Positions 19,293 through 30,583 are shown, numbered from the stretch's first letter. The stretch: DNA of 64,000 nucleotides from Anaerolineae bacterium (GCA_024653325.1 JANLFX010000003.1:11334-75333), one strand, 5' to 3'. Notes: generated from the sequence alone by a model not told the origin. Numbers and translations: made by a program.

Positions 19293-20296
19293 ATCAATTC
19301 GGCGATCTCACTCTTTTCGCTGGCGACGGATTCAAAATACACGCGCACACCTACCTCGGTTTCCGGTTTGCCGGTATTGGAGCGATCATAGCGCAACTCA
19401 AGCACCAGCGCCTTCTTAATGCGGTTGCGTGGCCACGGTGCTCCCAGGTCAAGTTCGTTTCGGCGCAGGCGTTCGCGCCCGCTTTTGCTCAGATAATCCA
19501 GCGCGGTGTCGGTGTTGAGGTCTTCGTAAAAGGCCAGGATAATACTTTCCGGGTGGGGAGAGGCGGCTACATCTTTGGGTTTGCCGGCTGCAAATTCCAG
19601 ATTGCGCTCGATGGAGGGATACAATTGATCATATTCGTTGAGGTAGGTCCCGTTCTGTGGACGGTAGACGCGCCGCACCGCCAACTGGCTGCGGTCTTCA
19701 GCGTACTCTTTAACAACCACCTCGTCGGTGTTTATTGCTATGTGCCCATGGGCGTGGAAAACTCCCAGACACCGGTATCCGGGCAGGGTTTCTTCGGCGC
19801 TTTTGCTTCCCCGCCAGGTGAAAATAGCCGCGTCGGTGACCAACCCGTCGGCATTCACGCTTTCGATCACCACTTCCAGGCCCTTGTTTTTGGTAATCAC
19901 GTCGGCCATCCGTGCCTGGCAGGGATTCTCGCCCAGATAACGTCCGTCCGGTGGGTTCAGAGAATAGGGCACGATTTCCGGCAGTTGTTTGCCATCTTTC
20001 GGCATTTCAGCATGGTACACTGCAGCAGCGATGGGACTAAGCTGGTCTGCCTGGGCGCCAGGCGCTTTGTACCGATAAAATAGCACCCAATCCAGACGAC
20101 CGTCGCTATCGGTATCCAGCCGTTCCACCTGCTGGGCCTGCAACCCCTCTGGCAGGATTTTAGTGAAATCCAGGCGCGGATCTTCGCGTTTGATAGGATT
20201 ACACCCTGGGAGAGCCAGTGCCATCAAGCTGGCGCCCAGCAGGTGGAGAAAAAAGGCTATTGAAAACAGCCCTGTCGCGTGTCTGGACACTTCCAA
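19226..20296 (-). CDS. Hypothetical lipoprotein
   Basis: Hydrophobic N-terminus ending LALPGC; DTDSDGRLD Ca-binding-like motif. Confidence 0.75.
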   Translation of the reverse strand: MEVSRHATGLFSIAFFLHLLGASLMALALPGCNPIKREDPRLDFTKILPEGLQAQQVERLDTDSDGRLDWVLFYRYKAPGAQADQLSPIAAAVYHAEMPKDGKQLPEIVPYSLNPPDGRYLGENPCQARMADVITKNKGLEVVIESVNADGLVTDAAIFTWRGSKSAEETLPGYRCLGVFHAHGHIAINTDEVVVKEYAEDRSQLAVRRVYRPQNGTYLNEYDQLYPSIERNLEFAAGKPKDVAASPHPESIILAFYEDLNTDTALDYLSKSGRERLRRNELDLGAPWPRNRIKKALVLELRYDRSNTGKPETEVGVRVYFESVASEKSEIAELIWTCVQEDGFWKMDRSRRASEK

Positions 20297-20310
20297 GCCC
20301 CTTATAGGGG

Positions 20311-20336
20311 GTAGGACAGGCTTAAGCCTGTCCTAC
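20311..20336. repeat. GTAG-type REP, perfect 26-bp palindrome
   Basis: GTAGGACAGGCTTAAGCCTGTCCTAC. Confidence 0.85.
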
Positions 20337-22819
20337 TAATCATTCGCTGGCGACTGCTCGCTCCCGCGGGACGAGCTGCGTCGGCTTTTCGTGCCGACTC
20401 GCTTGTGAGAGGTTGGTGGTGCCGGCAGCAGTGATTCGGCTAACACTTCGTCCATTCGCTCTACGAAAATAAACCTTAGGTCGCGCTTGGCTTTCTTGGG
20501 TAGCTCGACCAGGTCCTTCTTGTTTTCTTTAGGCACCAGCACAACGCGCAGGCCGGCGCGATGGGCAGCCAATACCTTTTCCTTGAAACCACCGATAGGC
20601 AATATTTTGCCCCGTAGGGTGATCTCACCGGTCATGGCCACGTCACGACGTACCGGACGGCCAGTGAGAGCCGAGATCAAGGCCGTGGCGATAGTAATCC
20701 CTGCCGAAGGGCCGTCCTTAGGAATCGAACCTTCCGGGATGTGGATGTGGATGTCCAGGCGGTCAAAATCGCGTCTGTCCTTAATTCCCAACTCTTTGGC
20801 ATGGGAGCGCGCGTAGCTAAGCGCGGCCTGAGCCGACTCTTGCATCACCTCACCGAGCTGTCCGGTAAGAAGCAACGAACCCTTGCCTTCCATCAGGGTG
20901 ACTTCCACTGGCATCAAATCACCACCAGCCGCGGTCCAGGCCACACCGGTAGCCACCCCTACCTCATCTTCTCGCTCTGCGATCCCAAAGGTGTAATAAG
21001 GCGGGCCCAGGAATTTGACCAGGGACTGACTGGTGATATTGGTGGGGGCGCGTTTACCCTCTGCCACCCGGCGGGCCACCTTACGGCAGATATTAGCGAT
21101 TTCCCGCTCCAGATTGCGCACCCCGGCCTCGTAAGTGTACTCGCGGATGATGGATTTCAGGGCCGCGTCTGAAAAGTGTAATCGTCCTGCCGGCAGGCCG
21201 TGTTCCTCCAACTGCTTGGGGATAAGAAAACGGCGAGCGATGTGTATCTTCTCTTCCTCGATGTAACCGGGAAATTCGATAACCTCCATCCGATCTCGCA
21301 GGGCAGGCGGGATTGGGTCCAGGAGATTGGCTGTGGTGATGAATATTACCTTGGAAAGGTCATAAGGCACTTCCAGGTAATGGTCGCTGAAGGCGAAGTT
21401 CTGCTCCGGGTCCAGGACTTCCAGCAAGGCTGCGCTGGGGTCGCCGCGGAAATCAATACCCACCTTGTCAATCTCATCGAGCATGAACAAGGGGTTGATG
21501 GTGCCTGCGCGACACATCGTTTGGATAATCCTGCCGGGCAGGGCGCCGATGTAAGTTCGGCGGTGGCCACGAATTTCAGCCTCATCCCTAATGCCCCCCA
21601 GACTGACGCGCACGAATTTGCGTCCCAATGCGTCCGCGATAGACTTGCCCAGCGAGGTCTTGCCTGTGCCCGGTGGCCCGACGAAGCAGAGGATTGGGCT
21701 GCGCATTTTATTGGCCGCCAACTTGCGCACAGCGATGTATTCCAGGATGCGTTCCTTGGCCTGGGTCAGGCCATAGTGACTTTCCTCCAGCATCCGCGCC
21801 GCAGCGGCGATGTCCACGTTATCTTCGGTGGCTTTGCTCCACGGTAATTCTAACAGCCAGTCCAGATACGTGCGGATGATCCCGGTTTCCGGAGCCATAG
21901 GCGGCATGGCTGCCAGCCGCTCTACCTCTTTCTCAGCTTTTTCCCGGACCTCGCCCGGCATATCAGAAGCGGCAATTTTCTCTCGTAGCTCATTAATCTC
22001 CTGGGTGAAAGTATCTCCTTCTCCCAATTCGTTTTGGATAGCTTTCATCTGTTCGCGCAGGAAGTACTCGCGTTGAGAGCGGTCTACTTCCTGCTGCACC
22101 TGGGTGTGGATGCGGTTCTCCAGCTCCAGGACATCCAATTCTCTGGCCAGCATGATGCTCAGTCTTTGCAGGCGCACCGATGGGTCAATCGTTTCCAGGA
22201 TGCTTTGCCGCTCGTCGAGGTCAAGCTCCAGGGTGGAAGCTACCAAATCTGCTAGCCATCCCGGTTCATCCACGTTCATGGCGAACACATAGGTGTCCTC
22301 CGGAATAGTGTGGCTCAGTTGCACGCACTTTTCAAACAAGGCCAGTACTGCCCGCATCAAAGCCTCGGTAGAGAGGTCCTTCTCGCTGAACTCGATGATG
22401 GGCCGTACACTCGCCATGAGGTAGGGGGTGATCTGCACATAGTCTAGAATGGCCACTCGTTGCTTGCCCTGGGCCAGAATGCTGGTTGTGCCATCGGGCA
22501 GGCGTAACATGCGCACAATCTCCACCTCGGTTCCTATGTCGTAAAGGTCTTCTGGACCCGGGTCTTGTACAGTTGGATCTCGCTGGGCCACCACTATAAT
22601 CGTATCTCCATCGGCCATGGCTGCATCCACGGCCTTGAGGGAGCGATCACGTCCCACAAAGAGGGGAGAAACCATGTGAGGAAACATCACCGTGTCCCGC
22701 ACGGCCAGCACGGGATAAACTCGCATATCCTCGCTTTCCTCGTTTACTTCTTCAACTTCGCGTCGTTCGAACTCGCGTAACCCCCTTAACAGTGTTTCCA
22801 AATCCTCGTTCATTTCCAT
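20336..22819 (-). CDS. lon: ATP-dependent protease La
   Basis: GPPGTGKTS, RGHRRTYIGALPG, PKDGPSAG, catalytic Lys in GGFKEK. Confidence 0.97.
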   Translation of the reverse strand: MEMNEDLETLLRGLREFERREVEEVNEESEDMRVYPVLAVRDTVMFPHMVSPLFVGRDRSLKAVDAAMADGDTIIVVAQRDPTVQDPGPEDLYDIGTEVEIVRMLRLPDGTTSILAQGKQRVAILDYVQITPYLMASVRPIIEFSEKDLSTEALMRAVLALFEKCVQLSHTIPEDTYVFAMNVDEPGWLADLVASTLELDLDERQSILETIDPSVRLQRLSIMLARELDVLELENRIHTQVQQEVDRSQREYFLREQMKAIQNELGEGDTFTQEINELREKIAASDMPGEVREKAEKEVERLAAMPPMAPETGIIRTYLDWLLELPWSKATEDNVDIAAAARMLEESHYGLTQAKERILEYIAVRKLAANKMRSPILCFVGPPGTGKTSLGKSIADALGRKFVRVSLGGIRDEAEIRGHRRTYIGALPGRIIQTMCRAGTINPLFMLDEIDKVGIDFRGDPSAALLEVLDPEQNFAFSDHYLEVPYDLSKVIFITTANLLDPIPPALRDRMEVIEFPGYIEEEKIHIARRFLIPKQLEEHGLPAGRLHFSDAALKSIIREYTYEAGVRNLEREIANICRKVARRVAEGKRAPTNITSQSLVKFLGPPYYTFGIAEREDEVGVATGVAWTAAGGDLMPVEVTLMEGKGSLLLTGQLGEVMQESAQAALSYARSHAKELGIKDRRDFDRLDIHIHIPEGSIPKDGPSAGITIATALISALTGRPVRRDVAMTGEITLRGKILPIGGFKEKVLAAHRAGLRVVLVPKENKKDLVELPKKAKRDLRFIFVERMDEVLAESLLPAPPTSHKRVGTKSRRSSSRGSEQSPAND

Positions 22820-22911
22820 CCTCCGTCACAACGGACAACCCGGGAATTGATCCACGGGTTTAATCGTTCATCTTTGTTTTTAATATACCACACTTTTGCA
22901 ATTAGGCAACT

Positions 22912-22946
22912 CAGGTGACAGTCACCTCAAAGGTGACTGTCACCTG
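22912..22946. repeat. AGGTG...CACCT palindromic repeat
   Basis: CAGGTGACAGTCACCTCAAAGGTGACTGTCACCTG; family members at 4185, 39376, 60339 and 63481. Confidence 0.8.
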
Positions 22947-22954
22947 ATACCGTA

Positions 22955-24292
22955 TTACGGATCGGTCTGTGGCCCTGGAACGCCGATATACTTGTACCAG
23001 GCTGCGCGTGCGTCGGCTACTACGTAGAGAGAACCGGTCACGCAAACCAGGTCCTCCGCCCTGGCGATTTGTAAAGCCCGTTTCAAAGCCGCTTCCACAG
23101 GAATTACGCACTCCGCCGTCCTGCCCTGGGCCTGGACCTCAGCCAGCAAATCTGTTGGGTCGAGGGCTCGCGGGTTGCTTACCCGGGTGAGAATTACCCG
23201 GTCAGCGATGGGCAAAAGTGCGGTTAACATATCGGGAACGCTGTGCCCGGCCAGGGCCGCGTAGACCAATATCAGTCGCCGATAATGGAAAATGGTTGGC
23301 AAAGCTGCGGCCAGTTTTTGAGCTGAATCCCCATTGTGTGCTCCGTCCACTATCACCCACGGCCGACGGCTCATTACCTCCATTCTCCCAGGCCAGTGCA
23401 CTCCTGCCAGGCCATTGGCCACTGCCTGGGCGGAGATGTCAATGCCCTCATGCCGTAGCACATCTATCGTGGTCAGGACGGTTGCGGCGTTGACCAGTTG
23501 ATGATGGCCCAACAGTGGCAAATGATAAGTAATCCACGGGCCACCTTTGCGGCGGGCGGAGAAAACCTGACCATCAGGGGTGACTTTCCCCGGACGCCAT
23601 TCCCAAACGTGATCGGCTACGGTAAGTGGTGCTCCTCGATTTTGGCAAACCATCTCTATCACGGACAATGCCTCGTCAGGCTGCGGTGCACTGACTACGG
23701 GCACACCTGGTTTGATGATGCCTGCTTTCTCAGTGGCAATGGCGGTCAGAGTATTCCCCAGATACTGAACGTGGTCGAAACTAATGGGCGTGATCACTGA
23801 AACCAGTGGTGTAACCACGTTAGTCGCGTCCAGGCGTCCCCCCAATCCCACCTCCAGCACGGCCAGGTCCACCGCCCTTTCCGCAAAATATTCGCAGCCC
23901 AGAGCGGTAATGATTTCGAACGTGGTCAGGACGGGAACTTGGGCGATCAGCGGTTGCAGCCGTTCAGCGAGTGCGGCTACGGCACTTTCGGAGATCATTT
24001 CGTCGTCTATGCGGATGCGTTCCCGAAAGGTGTGGAGATGGGGAGAGGTGTACAATCCCACCCGGTAGCCGGCTGCCCGCAAAACCGCAGCGATCATGGC
24101 CGAGGTAGAGCCCTTACCTTTGGTACCGGCTACGTGCACAGAGCGAAACTTCTGGTGAGGATTATGTAGCAATGACAATAAGCGAACCACTCGCTCCAGA
24201 TTGAAATGCTCCGGGGAATATAGGAATTCCGTTTTTTTCTCATAATCTGTGAAGCTATAGAGATAATCTAGAGCGGCTTTATAGGTTAGCAC
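22955..24292 (-). CDS. folC: Folylpolyglutamate synthase/dihydrofolate synthase
   Basis: HVAGTKGKGS, YTSPHL, EVGLGGRLDATN, DGAHN. Confidence 0.96.
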   Translation of the reverse strand: MLTYKAALDYLYSFTDYEKKTEFLYSPEHFNLERVVRLLSLLHNPHQKFRSVHVAGTKGKGSTSAMIAAVLRAAGYRVGLYTSPHLHTFRERIRIDDEMISESAVAALAERLQPLIAQVPVLTTFEIITALGCEYFAERAVDLAVLEVGLGGRLDATNVVTPLVSVITPISFDHVQYLGNTLTAIATEKAGIIKPGVPVVSAPQPDEALSVIEMVCQNRGAPLTVADHVWEWRPGKVTPDGQVFSARRKGGPWITYHLPLLGHHQLVNAATVLTTIDVLRHEGIDISAQAVANGLAGVHWPGRMEVMSRRPWVIVDGAHNGDSAQKLAAALPTIFHYRRLILVYAALAGHSVPDMLTALLPIADRVILTRVSNPRALDPTDLLAEVQAQGRTAECVIPVEAALKRALQIARAEDLVCVTGSLYVVADARAAWYKYIGVPGPQTDP

Positions 24293-24406
24293 ACTTTCTC
24301 CTTACCGACGTGCAGGCCTTCTTTTTGGCGCAATTTAATTCTATACCAAGCGTCTCAAAAAGTAAAGCGGCGTTCAGGGGGCATGGTTACTCCACAGGTG
24401 TTCTGG

Positions 24407-24434
24407 TTGACTTCTTCGTCAACTCTGCTATACT
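24407..24434 (+). promoter_or_regulatory. Sigma70-like promoter upstream of the ECF sigma gene
   Basis: TTGACT-N16-TATACT with extended -10 TG. Confidence 0.55.
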
Positions 24435-24528
24435 TTAAGAAGAGCGGATAATGAAACCGTAACGGAAACCGGTCTCCGGTGTTTCTATTTAGGAGCACTG
24501 GAAGAACCGCTGGGAAGGAACCCGTCCA

Positions 24529-25095
24529 GTGTCCTGTGATGAAACTGAGGAAGCCTTGGTGGAAAGGGCCAAGGAGGACCCTGCCGCTTTTGGGCTGCTG
24601 TACCAGCGCTATGTGAAGCAAATCTACAACTATGTTTATTATCGTACGGGAAACCATCATGATGCAGAAGACCTTACTGCCCGTACTTTCTATTATGCTC
24701 TGAGCAATATCGGTCGCTATCAGAGTCAGGGCGTGCCATTCTCGGCTTGGCTGTACCGCATTGCCCATAATCAAGTCGCCAACTGGCATCGGGATCGCAG
24801 CCGCCGTAAAATGATAGCCCTCGATGAACTCCTCTCGATCAGCCAACGCAAGATCACTCCGGAGAGTCTGATAGAGGCCAAAGAAGAGCGTAACGATTTG
24901 CTGAAAGCTATCAGAAGATTGCCGCCTGACCGCCAACAACTCCTTATTCTCAAATTCACCGCAGGGTTGTCCAATACGGAGATTGGGCAGGTGATGGGGC
25001 GTAGCGAAGGAGCGATTAAGTCTTTGTATCATCGTACCTTATTGGTCTTACGGGAAGAGCTGATTAACAGGGATGAGGTTGGAGAGACAGGTTGA
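24529..25095 (+). CDS. ECF RNA polymerase sigma factor
   Basis: DAEDLT, FSAWLYRIAHN, region 4 LSNTEIGQVMGRSEGAIKS. Confidence 0.95.
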   Translation: MSCDETEEALVERAKEDPAAFGLLYQRYVKQIYNYVYYRTGNHHDAEDLTARTFYYALSNIGRYQSQGVPFSAWLYRIAHNQVANWHRDRSRRKMIALDELLSISQRKITPESLIEAKEERNDLLKAIRRLPPDRQQLLILKFTAGLSNTEIGQVMGRSEGAIKSLYHRTLLVLREELINRDEVGETG

Positions 25096-25230
25096 GTTCG
25101 CGCCAGTGCTTCGCATTGGATAAGAAAAAAAGTCACTTACCTCAAGAGTATGGAATACAACTCGAAATACAGACCTTGCGGATGAAGGACTTGGATTATT
25201 GTACGTAGAGAAATCAGAGGACATAAAGCT

Positions 25231-25515
25231 ATGAATTCCAGGACACATGAGGAGTGGGAACCTTTATTGGTTGTGGCGGAGAAGGTGAGGGCCTCTCTTT
25301 TGCCGGTGGAGCCTTCACCTGCTTTCGTGCAAGATTTACATCGCAATCTATTAGCTATGGCCAGCGGCAAACGGCTGCGAACCCCTTTATCGGCCAGGCA
25401 TGGCCTGCTGATAGGGGCAGCCGCATTAGGCTCAGCACTGTCTGTGGTTGGAATTATCGCTTATGTAGTGCGTTCGCGGGCCAGCGCCGAGGCCAAAACA
25501 TCGGTCCACGGGTGA
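25231..25515 (+). CDS. Small membrane protein, possible anti-sigma factor
   Basis: PSPAFVQDL motif then a C-terminal TM helix; downstream of ECF sigma. Confidence 0.6.
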   Translation: MNSRTHEEWEPLLVVAEKVRASLLPVEPSPAFVQDLHRNLLAMASGKRLRTPLSARHGLLIGAAALGSALSVVGIIAYVVRSRASAEAKTSVHG

Positions 25516-25715
25516 TAGCTGCAGCACGCCGCCTGGCCTCTGTGTGCATATTTCTCGGTAAATCGCTAAGCATAAGAACGGACGCGCAGACGGTGAGCTT
25601 CCCTTTCAAGAGCGCGGCGGAGCATACCACTTATTGTGGCTGATGGGGAAGAAAAATGCTATATGTAGTATAACTTTGGGTAGTGATTAAGAAGATAAAA
25701 AGCGCGGAAAAATAT

Positions 25716-25745
25716 TTGACACAATTTGATTTATAGTAGTATAAT
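25716..25745 (+). promoter_or_regulatory. Consensus sigma70 promoter for rpoB
   Basis: TTGACA-N18-TATAAT with AT-rich upstream DNA. Confidence 0.8.
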
Positions 25746-26072
25746 AATCTGATGCAAGAAGAATAGCAACCCAATTTGCGTAGCGGTCAGACATACGTAT
25801 TGGGTTTTTTGCTGTTATAGGTAAATTCAATTGAATCTCCTTCTGACTTCCCCCCTGCAATGGAGCGGGCCCAACGGCGTGTCTTTATGGTCTGACCGTG
25901 CAATTTGCACGGAGATGTAGCGCCGGTGGAAGCAACGAAGGCTCAGCTCGGATTTGTTGCATCCCCCATAATGGTAACTCCTGTCAGCTTTTATACATTC
26001 GAAGAACGGTGATCCTGACCGTTGGGTCTTGATCTCATAGGGGGTAATGATAATTTAAGGAGTGGGTGGTAG

Positions 26073-29000
26073 ATGAATCGGAATGCGCATTACAAATCAT
26101 ATGCCCGGATCGCAGATGTACATCCGTTGCCTGGCTTAATTGATGTGCAATTAGACTCGTTCGACTGGTTCAAAAGAGAGGGTCTGCTGGAACTATTTGA
26201 TGAAATCTCTCCCATCGAGAGTTTTAATGGTCTGATCTCTTTGCACTTCCCGGCTTACCATGATCCTGTCAGTAAGCAACTGGGTTTGACCTATCGTTTC
26301 GAAGAGCCGAAATACGGAGAGCAGGAATGCCTGGAACGAGATATGACCTTCGCCGCTCCTTTGTATGTGGAGGTTGACCTGCATAACAAGGAGACTGACG
26401 AACATATCCGATCCGAGATCTTTCTGGGCGACTTCCCGCTGATGACCGAGAACGGCACATTCATCATCAACGGCACTGAGCGGGTGGTAGTCAGCCAGCT
26501 CATTCGTTCTCCAGGCGTTTATTTTGATGCTGAAGAAGATCGCACCACAGGACGCCTGCTCAGCCAGGCCAAGCTCATTCCAGATAGAGGGGCCTGGATG
26601 GAGTTTGAAACCCGCAAAAGTGACTACCTGACTCTTAAGTTTAACCGCAAACGCACTATCCCGGTCACCATCTTGTTACGGGCTCTGGCGGCGGTAGACG
26701 ATGGAATGGGGACCGACGTGCTGAAGGAGGGTAGTGACGAGGAACTACGGGCCCTTTTTGCTGAATCGGATACCCATCCGGACCATCAATACATCACTGC
26801 CACGATCCGTCAGGAACCAGCGTGGGAACCTAAAGAGGGTCGCACGGTAGCCCAAGAAGCACTGCTGGAATTCTACAAGCGCATGCGACCAGGGGACCCA
26901 CCCACGTTGGAAAACGCTGAGGAGTACCTGGTCTCGCAGATTTTCGACCAACGGCGTTATGATCTTGGACGAGTGGGGCGTTATAAGCTTAATCAGCGCC
27001 TGGGATTGGACATCCCATCCCATCACCGTATACTGACCAAGTTGGATCTGGTCAGGGTGGTGGAAAGGATGATCCGGGTAAACAACGGCCTGGCGGATCC
27101 GGATGACATTGACCACCTGGGCAACCGGCGGGTGAAGACGGTCGGGGAGCTGATCCAGAATAAATTGCGCATCGGCTTACGGCGGATGGAGCGTGTGGTG
27201 CGAGAGCGCATGAGCATTCGGGAAGCCGAGGAAATGACCCCGGTAGCGTTGATCAATATCCGTCCGGTGGTGGCTGCCGTGCGCGAGTTCTTCGGCTCCA
27301 GCCAGTTGTCCCAGTTCATGGATCAGGCGAATCCTCTGACAGAATTGACCCATAAGCGCACGTTGAGCGCTCTGGGGCCAGGTGGTTTGCGCCGTGAGCG
27401 CGCCGGGTTTGATGTGCGCGATGTGCATCACTCCCACTATGGACGCATTTGCCCCATCGAGACCCCAGAAGGGCCAAACATTGGTCTGATTGGCCGTCTG
27501 GCTACCTATGCCAGGGTGAATGAATATGGTTTCATTGAGACCCCTTACCGAAAAGTGGGGCGCACGGTGCCCAACGAGGCCGATAAGCTGCTTGGTCAAA
27601 TCCTGCGGGAGCAAATTATAGACCCCGAAAGTGGAGAGGTGGTGGCCGAGGCGGGCACGGAAGTGACTCGCGAACTGGCGGAGCGGATTGCGGCTTTGCC
27701 TTTGGATGAAGTAAAGATCCGCCCTGTAGTGACGAATGAGATCGTTTATCTCACGGCAGACAGAGAGGACTACTTCACCATTGCTCAGGCTAATGCCGAA
27801 TTGGATGAAAAGGGTCATTTCGTTGGGGATCGCGTGTCCGTGCGTCGTAGCCAGCGGTTTCTGTTCGAAACCCCTGACAAAATTGATTACATGGACGTAT
27901 CACCCAAGCAGGTAGTGGGCGTTTCTGCTTCTCTGATTCCCTTCCTGGAACATGATGACGCCAACCGGGCCTTGATGGGTTCTAATATGCAGCGTCAGGC
28001 AGTGCCCCTTTTGACTCCTGAGGTGGCCAGGGTGGTTACCGGGATGGAATATGAGGCGGCACGCGCCTCCGGACAGGTGATCGTGGCCCGAGAAGACCAG
28101 GAAGTGGTCAGTGTTACCGGTCAGCAGATAGTCCTGGCCGGGGAGAATGGTCTGCGTACCTACCAGTTGCGCAGGTTCAACCGCTCCAACCAATCTACCT
28201 GCATTGACCAGCGTCCGATTGTAAGCAAGGGGCAGCGGGTTAAGAAAGGCGATGTATTGGCGGATTCCTCGTCTACTGCCCAGGGCGCGCTGGCTTTGGG
28301 ACAGAACGTGCTGGTCGCTTTCATGTCCTGGGAGGGTAACAATTACGAGGATGCCATTATCATCAGTGAGAGTCTGGTGCGCGAAGACAAGTTTACCTCT
28401 ATCCATATTGAAAAGCATGAGATTGAAGCGCGCGAGACTAAACTCGGCCCGGAAGAGATCACCCGGGACATCCCCAACGTCGGTGAGGATGCGCTGAAGA
28501 ACCTGGACGAGAACGGCATTGTCCGTATCGGGGCAGAAGTGGGACCTGGCGATATTCTGGTCGGCAAGATCACCCCCAAGGGTGAGAAGGAGCTTACCCC
28601 GGAAGAGAAGTTACTGCGCGCCATTTTTGGTGAGAAGGCACGGGAAGTAAAGGATTCGTCGCTGCACATGCCTCACGGCGAGAGGGGCAAAGTGGTGGAT
28701 GTCAAGATCTTTGATCGTGACGAACACCGGGATCTGCAAACAGGTGTCAATCAACTGGTGCGCGTGAGCGTGGCGCAGCAACGGAAGATCACTGAGGGTG
28801 ATAAAATGGCCGGGCGGCATGGTAACAAAGGGGTCGTCTCCAAAGTAGTGCCCATTGAAGACATGCCATTCCTGCCAGATGGTACACCGGTGGAGATTAT
28901 CTTGAACCCGCTGGGCGTGCCAGGCCGGATGAACATCGGGCAGATTTTGGAAACACACCTGGGTTGGGCTGCTGAACGGCTGGGGTTCTACGCGGTAAGC

Positions 29001-29999
29001 CCTGTCTTTGATGGCGCCGATGAGCACGAGATCGAGGCCGAACTGGCCCGGGCCTGGATGATAGATAAAGCATGGGCGGAGATCACCCTGCGTGCCTGGG
29101 ATTGGCTCAAGAAGGAGGGCATTGATACCGAGCATCTTTCCGATGACGAAGCGCGCCTGTACTATATCCTGCACTGGTTTGAAGAGTTGGGTTGCGATTA
29201 CGACGAAGAACTCCTGGCCTATAATCAGGTTTACGCCCGGCGGGCGGTGTTGCGAGAGTGGCTGAAAGAACGCGGATATGATCCCGAAATGCTGCTGGCT
29301 TTCGAGGATGATCCTCGAAGCATCGTGGAACAGGATGAGAATGATCACCTGGCCATTGAAGCTTGTTTGAGACTGTGGTTAGAAGAACACGGTGAAGTAG
29401 TCCCGCCCAATCTGGCAGGTGAGGAGCTGAAGGCTTATGCTCATCAGGTCAGTAATCGCATTGGCTGGCCTGTACCCATAACCGGCAAGACCATACTATA
29501 CGATGGTAAGACAGGAGAGCCTTTTGATCGGCCAGTGACCGTGGGTATAATTCACATGATGAAACTGGCCCACTTGGTTGAGGATAAAGTGCATGCCCGG
29601 TCTACAGGACCTTACTCGCTGGTTACTCAGCAGCCGCTGGGTGGTAAGGCGCAGTTTGGTGGCCAGCGGTTTGGTGAGATGGAGGTTTGGGCCCTGGAAG
29701 CCTACGGTGCAGCCTATACGTTGCAGGAGATGTTGACCGTGAAATCGGACGATGTTACGGGGCGGGTGAAAACTTATGAGGCCATTGTCAAAGGTGAAGA
29801 GGTGACGGAACCCGGTGTACCAGCCTCGTTCCGGGTGTTGGTCAAGGAACTGCAGAGCTTAGGGCTGGTGGTAGAGGCCTTGGGGGAAAATGGTGAGGTG
29901 ATTGAGTTCGGGAAAGATGAAGAGCAAGAAAAAGTCCCCCATCTGGGTTCTGGCTTAGGATTTCTGGGCCTTGAGGAAGAAGAGATAGAGCAGATTTGA
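26073..29999 (+). CDS. rpoB: RNA polymerase beta subunit
   Basis: [48 protein letters not shown]. Confidence 0.99.
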   Translation: MNRNAHYKSYARIADVHPLPGLIDVQLDSFDWFKREGLLELFDEISPIESFNGLISLHFPAYHDPVSKQLGLTYRFEEPKYGEQECLERDMTFAAPLYVEVDLHNKETDEHIRSEIFLGDFPLMTENGTFIINGTERVVVSQLIRSPGVYFDAEEDRTTGRLLSQAKLIPDRGAWMEFETRKSDYLTLKFNRKRTIPVTILLRALAAVDDGMGTDVLKEGSDEELRALFAESDTHPDHQYITATIRQEPAWEPKEGRTVAQEALLEFYKRMRPGDPPTLENAEEYLVSQIFDQRRYDLGRVGRYKLNQRLGLDIPSHHRILTKLDLVRVVERMIRVNNGLADPDDIDHLGNRRVKTVGELIQNKLRIGLRRMERVVRERMSIREAEEMTPVALINIRPVVAAVREFFGSSQLSQFMDQANPLTELTHKRTLSALGPGGLRRERAGFDVRDVHHSHYGRICPIETPEGPNIGLIGRLATYARVNEYGFIETPYRKVGRTVPNEADKLLGQILREQIIDPESGEVVAEAGTEVTRELAERIAALPLDEVKIRPVVTNEIVYLTADREDYFTIAQANAELDEKGHFVGDRVSVRRSQRFLFETPDKIDYMDVSPKQVVGVSASLIPFLEHDDANRALMGSNMQRQAVPLLTPEVARVVTGMEYEAARASGQVIVAREDQEVVSVTGQQIVLAGENGLRTYQLRRFNRSNQSTCIDQRPIVSKGQRVKKGDVLADSSSTAQGALALGQNVLVAFMSWEGNNYEDAIIISESLVREDKFTSIHIEKHEIEARETKLGPEEITRDIPNVGEDALKNLDENGIVRIGAEVGPGDILVGKITPKGEKELTPEEKLLRAIFGEKAREVKDSSLHMPHGERGKVVDVKIFDRDEHRDLQTGVNQLVRVSVAQQRKITEGDKMAGRHGNKGVVSKVVPIEDMPFLPDGTPVEIILNPLGVPGRMNIGQILETHLGWAAERLGFYAVSPVFDGADEHEIEAELARAWMIDKAWAEITLRAWDWLKKEGIDTEHLSDDEARLYYILHWFEELGCDYDEELLAYNQVYARRAVLREWLKERGYDPEMLLAFEDDPRSIVEQDENDHLAIEACLRLWLEEHGEVVPPNLAGEELKAYAHQVSNRIGWPVPITGKTILYDGKTGEPFDRPVTVGIIHMMKLAHLVEDKVHARSTGPYSLVTQQPLGGKAQFGGQRFGEMEVWALEAYGAAYTLQEMLTVKSDDVTGRVKTYEAIVKGEEVTEPGVPASFRVLVKELQSLGLVVEALGENGEVIEFGKDEEQEKVPHLGSGLGFLGLEEEEIEQI

Positions 30000-30024
30000 C
30001 TTTTAGAAATTTCTGTAGTAAAAT
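29996..30024 (+). promoter_or_regulatory. str operon promoter overlapping the rpoB stop codon
   Basis: TTGACT-N17-TAAAAT. Confidence 0.7.
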
Positions 30025-30148
30025 TTTCCTTCGTTGTCTAAAAATACTTTGGAGCGCGTAGGTTGGGACGAGGCCATCGCGGCTCTTTCGATGGCCTCGT
30101 TCAATGGAACGAGAGCGTAGTTCGCCGATTTAAGAAGGGAGGAAACCA

Positions 30149-30583
30149 TTGCCCACCATCAATCAGTTGGCCAGAAAGGGTCGCTCACGTAAGCGAAGTA
30201 AGAGCAAAGCTCCGGCGTTGCTTTACACTTACAATGCGCTGAAGGGCCAACGCCAGCGGATAAGGCAGGGAGCGCCCCAGAAACGAGGGGTATGTACGCA
30301 GGTACGTACAATGACCCCGAAAAAGCCTAACTCGGCTTTGCGCAAAATCGCCCGAGTGCGTCTTACCAATGGCATTGAGGTCACGGCCTACATTCCTGGT
30401 GAGGGTCATACTTTACAAGAACACTCAGTGGTATTGGTGCGCGGTGGCCGCGTAAAGGATTTGCCAGGTGTGCGTTATCACATTATCCGTGGGGCGATGG
30501 ATTCCAGCGGTGTTGAGAATCGTCAACAGCAGCGGTCAAAGTACGGCACCAAGCAGCCTAAGAAGAAGCCCGGTGGGGCGTAA
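30149..30583 (+). CDS. rpsL: 30S ribosomal protein S12 (TTG start)
   Basis: [27 protein letters not shown]. Confidence 0.98.
   Translation: MPTINQLARKGRSRKRSKSKAPALLYTYNALKGQRQRIRQGAPQKRGVCTQVRTMTPKKPNSALRKIARVRLTNGIEVTAYIPGEGHTLQEHSVVLVRGGRVKDLPGVRYHIIRGAMDSSGVENRQQQRSKYGTKQPKKKPGGA

Noticed and set aside
29045..29480. Intein in RpoB
   Set aside because: No N-terminal Cys/Ser block, no His-Asn end and no LAGLIDADG motifs; treated as a lineage-specific insertion.
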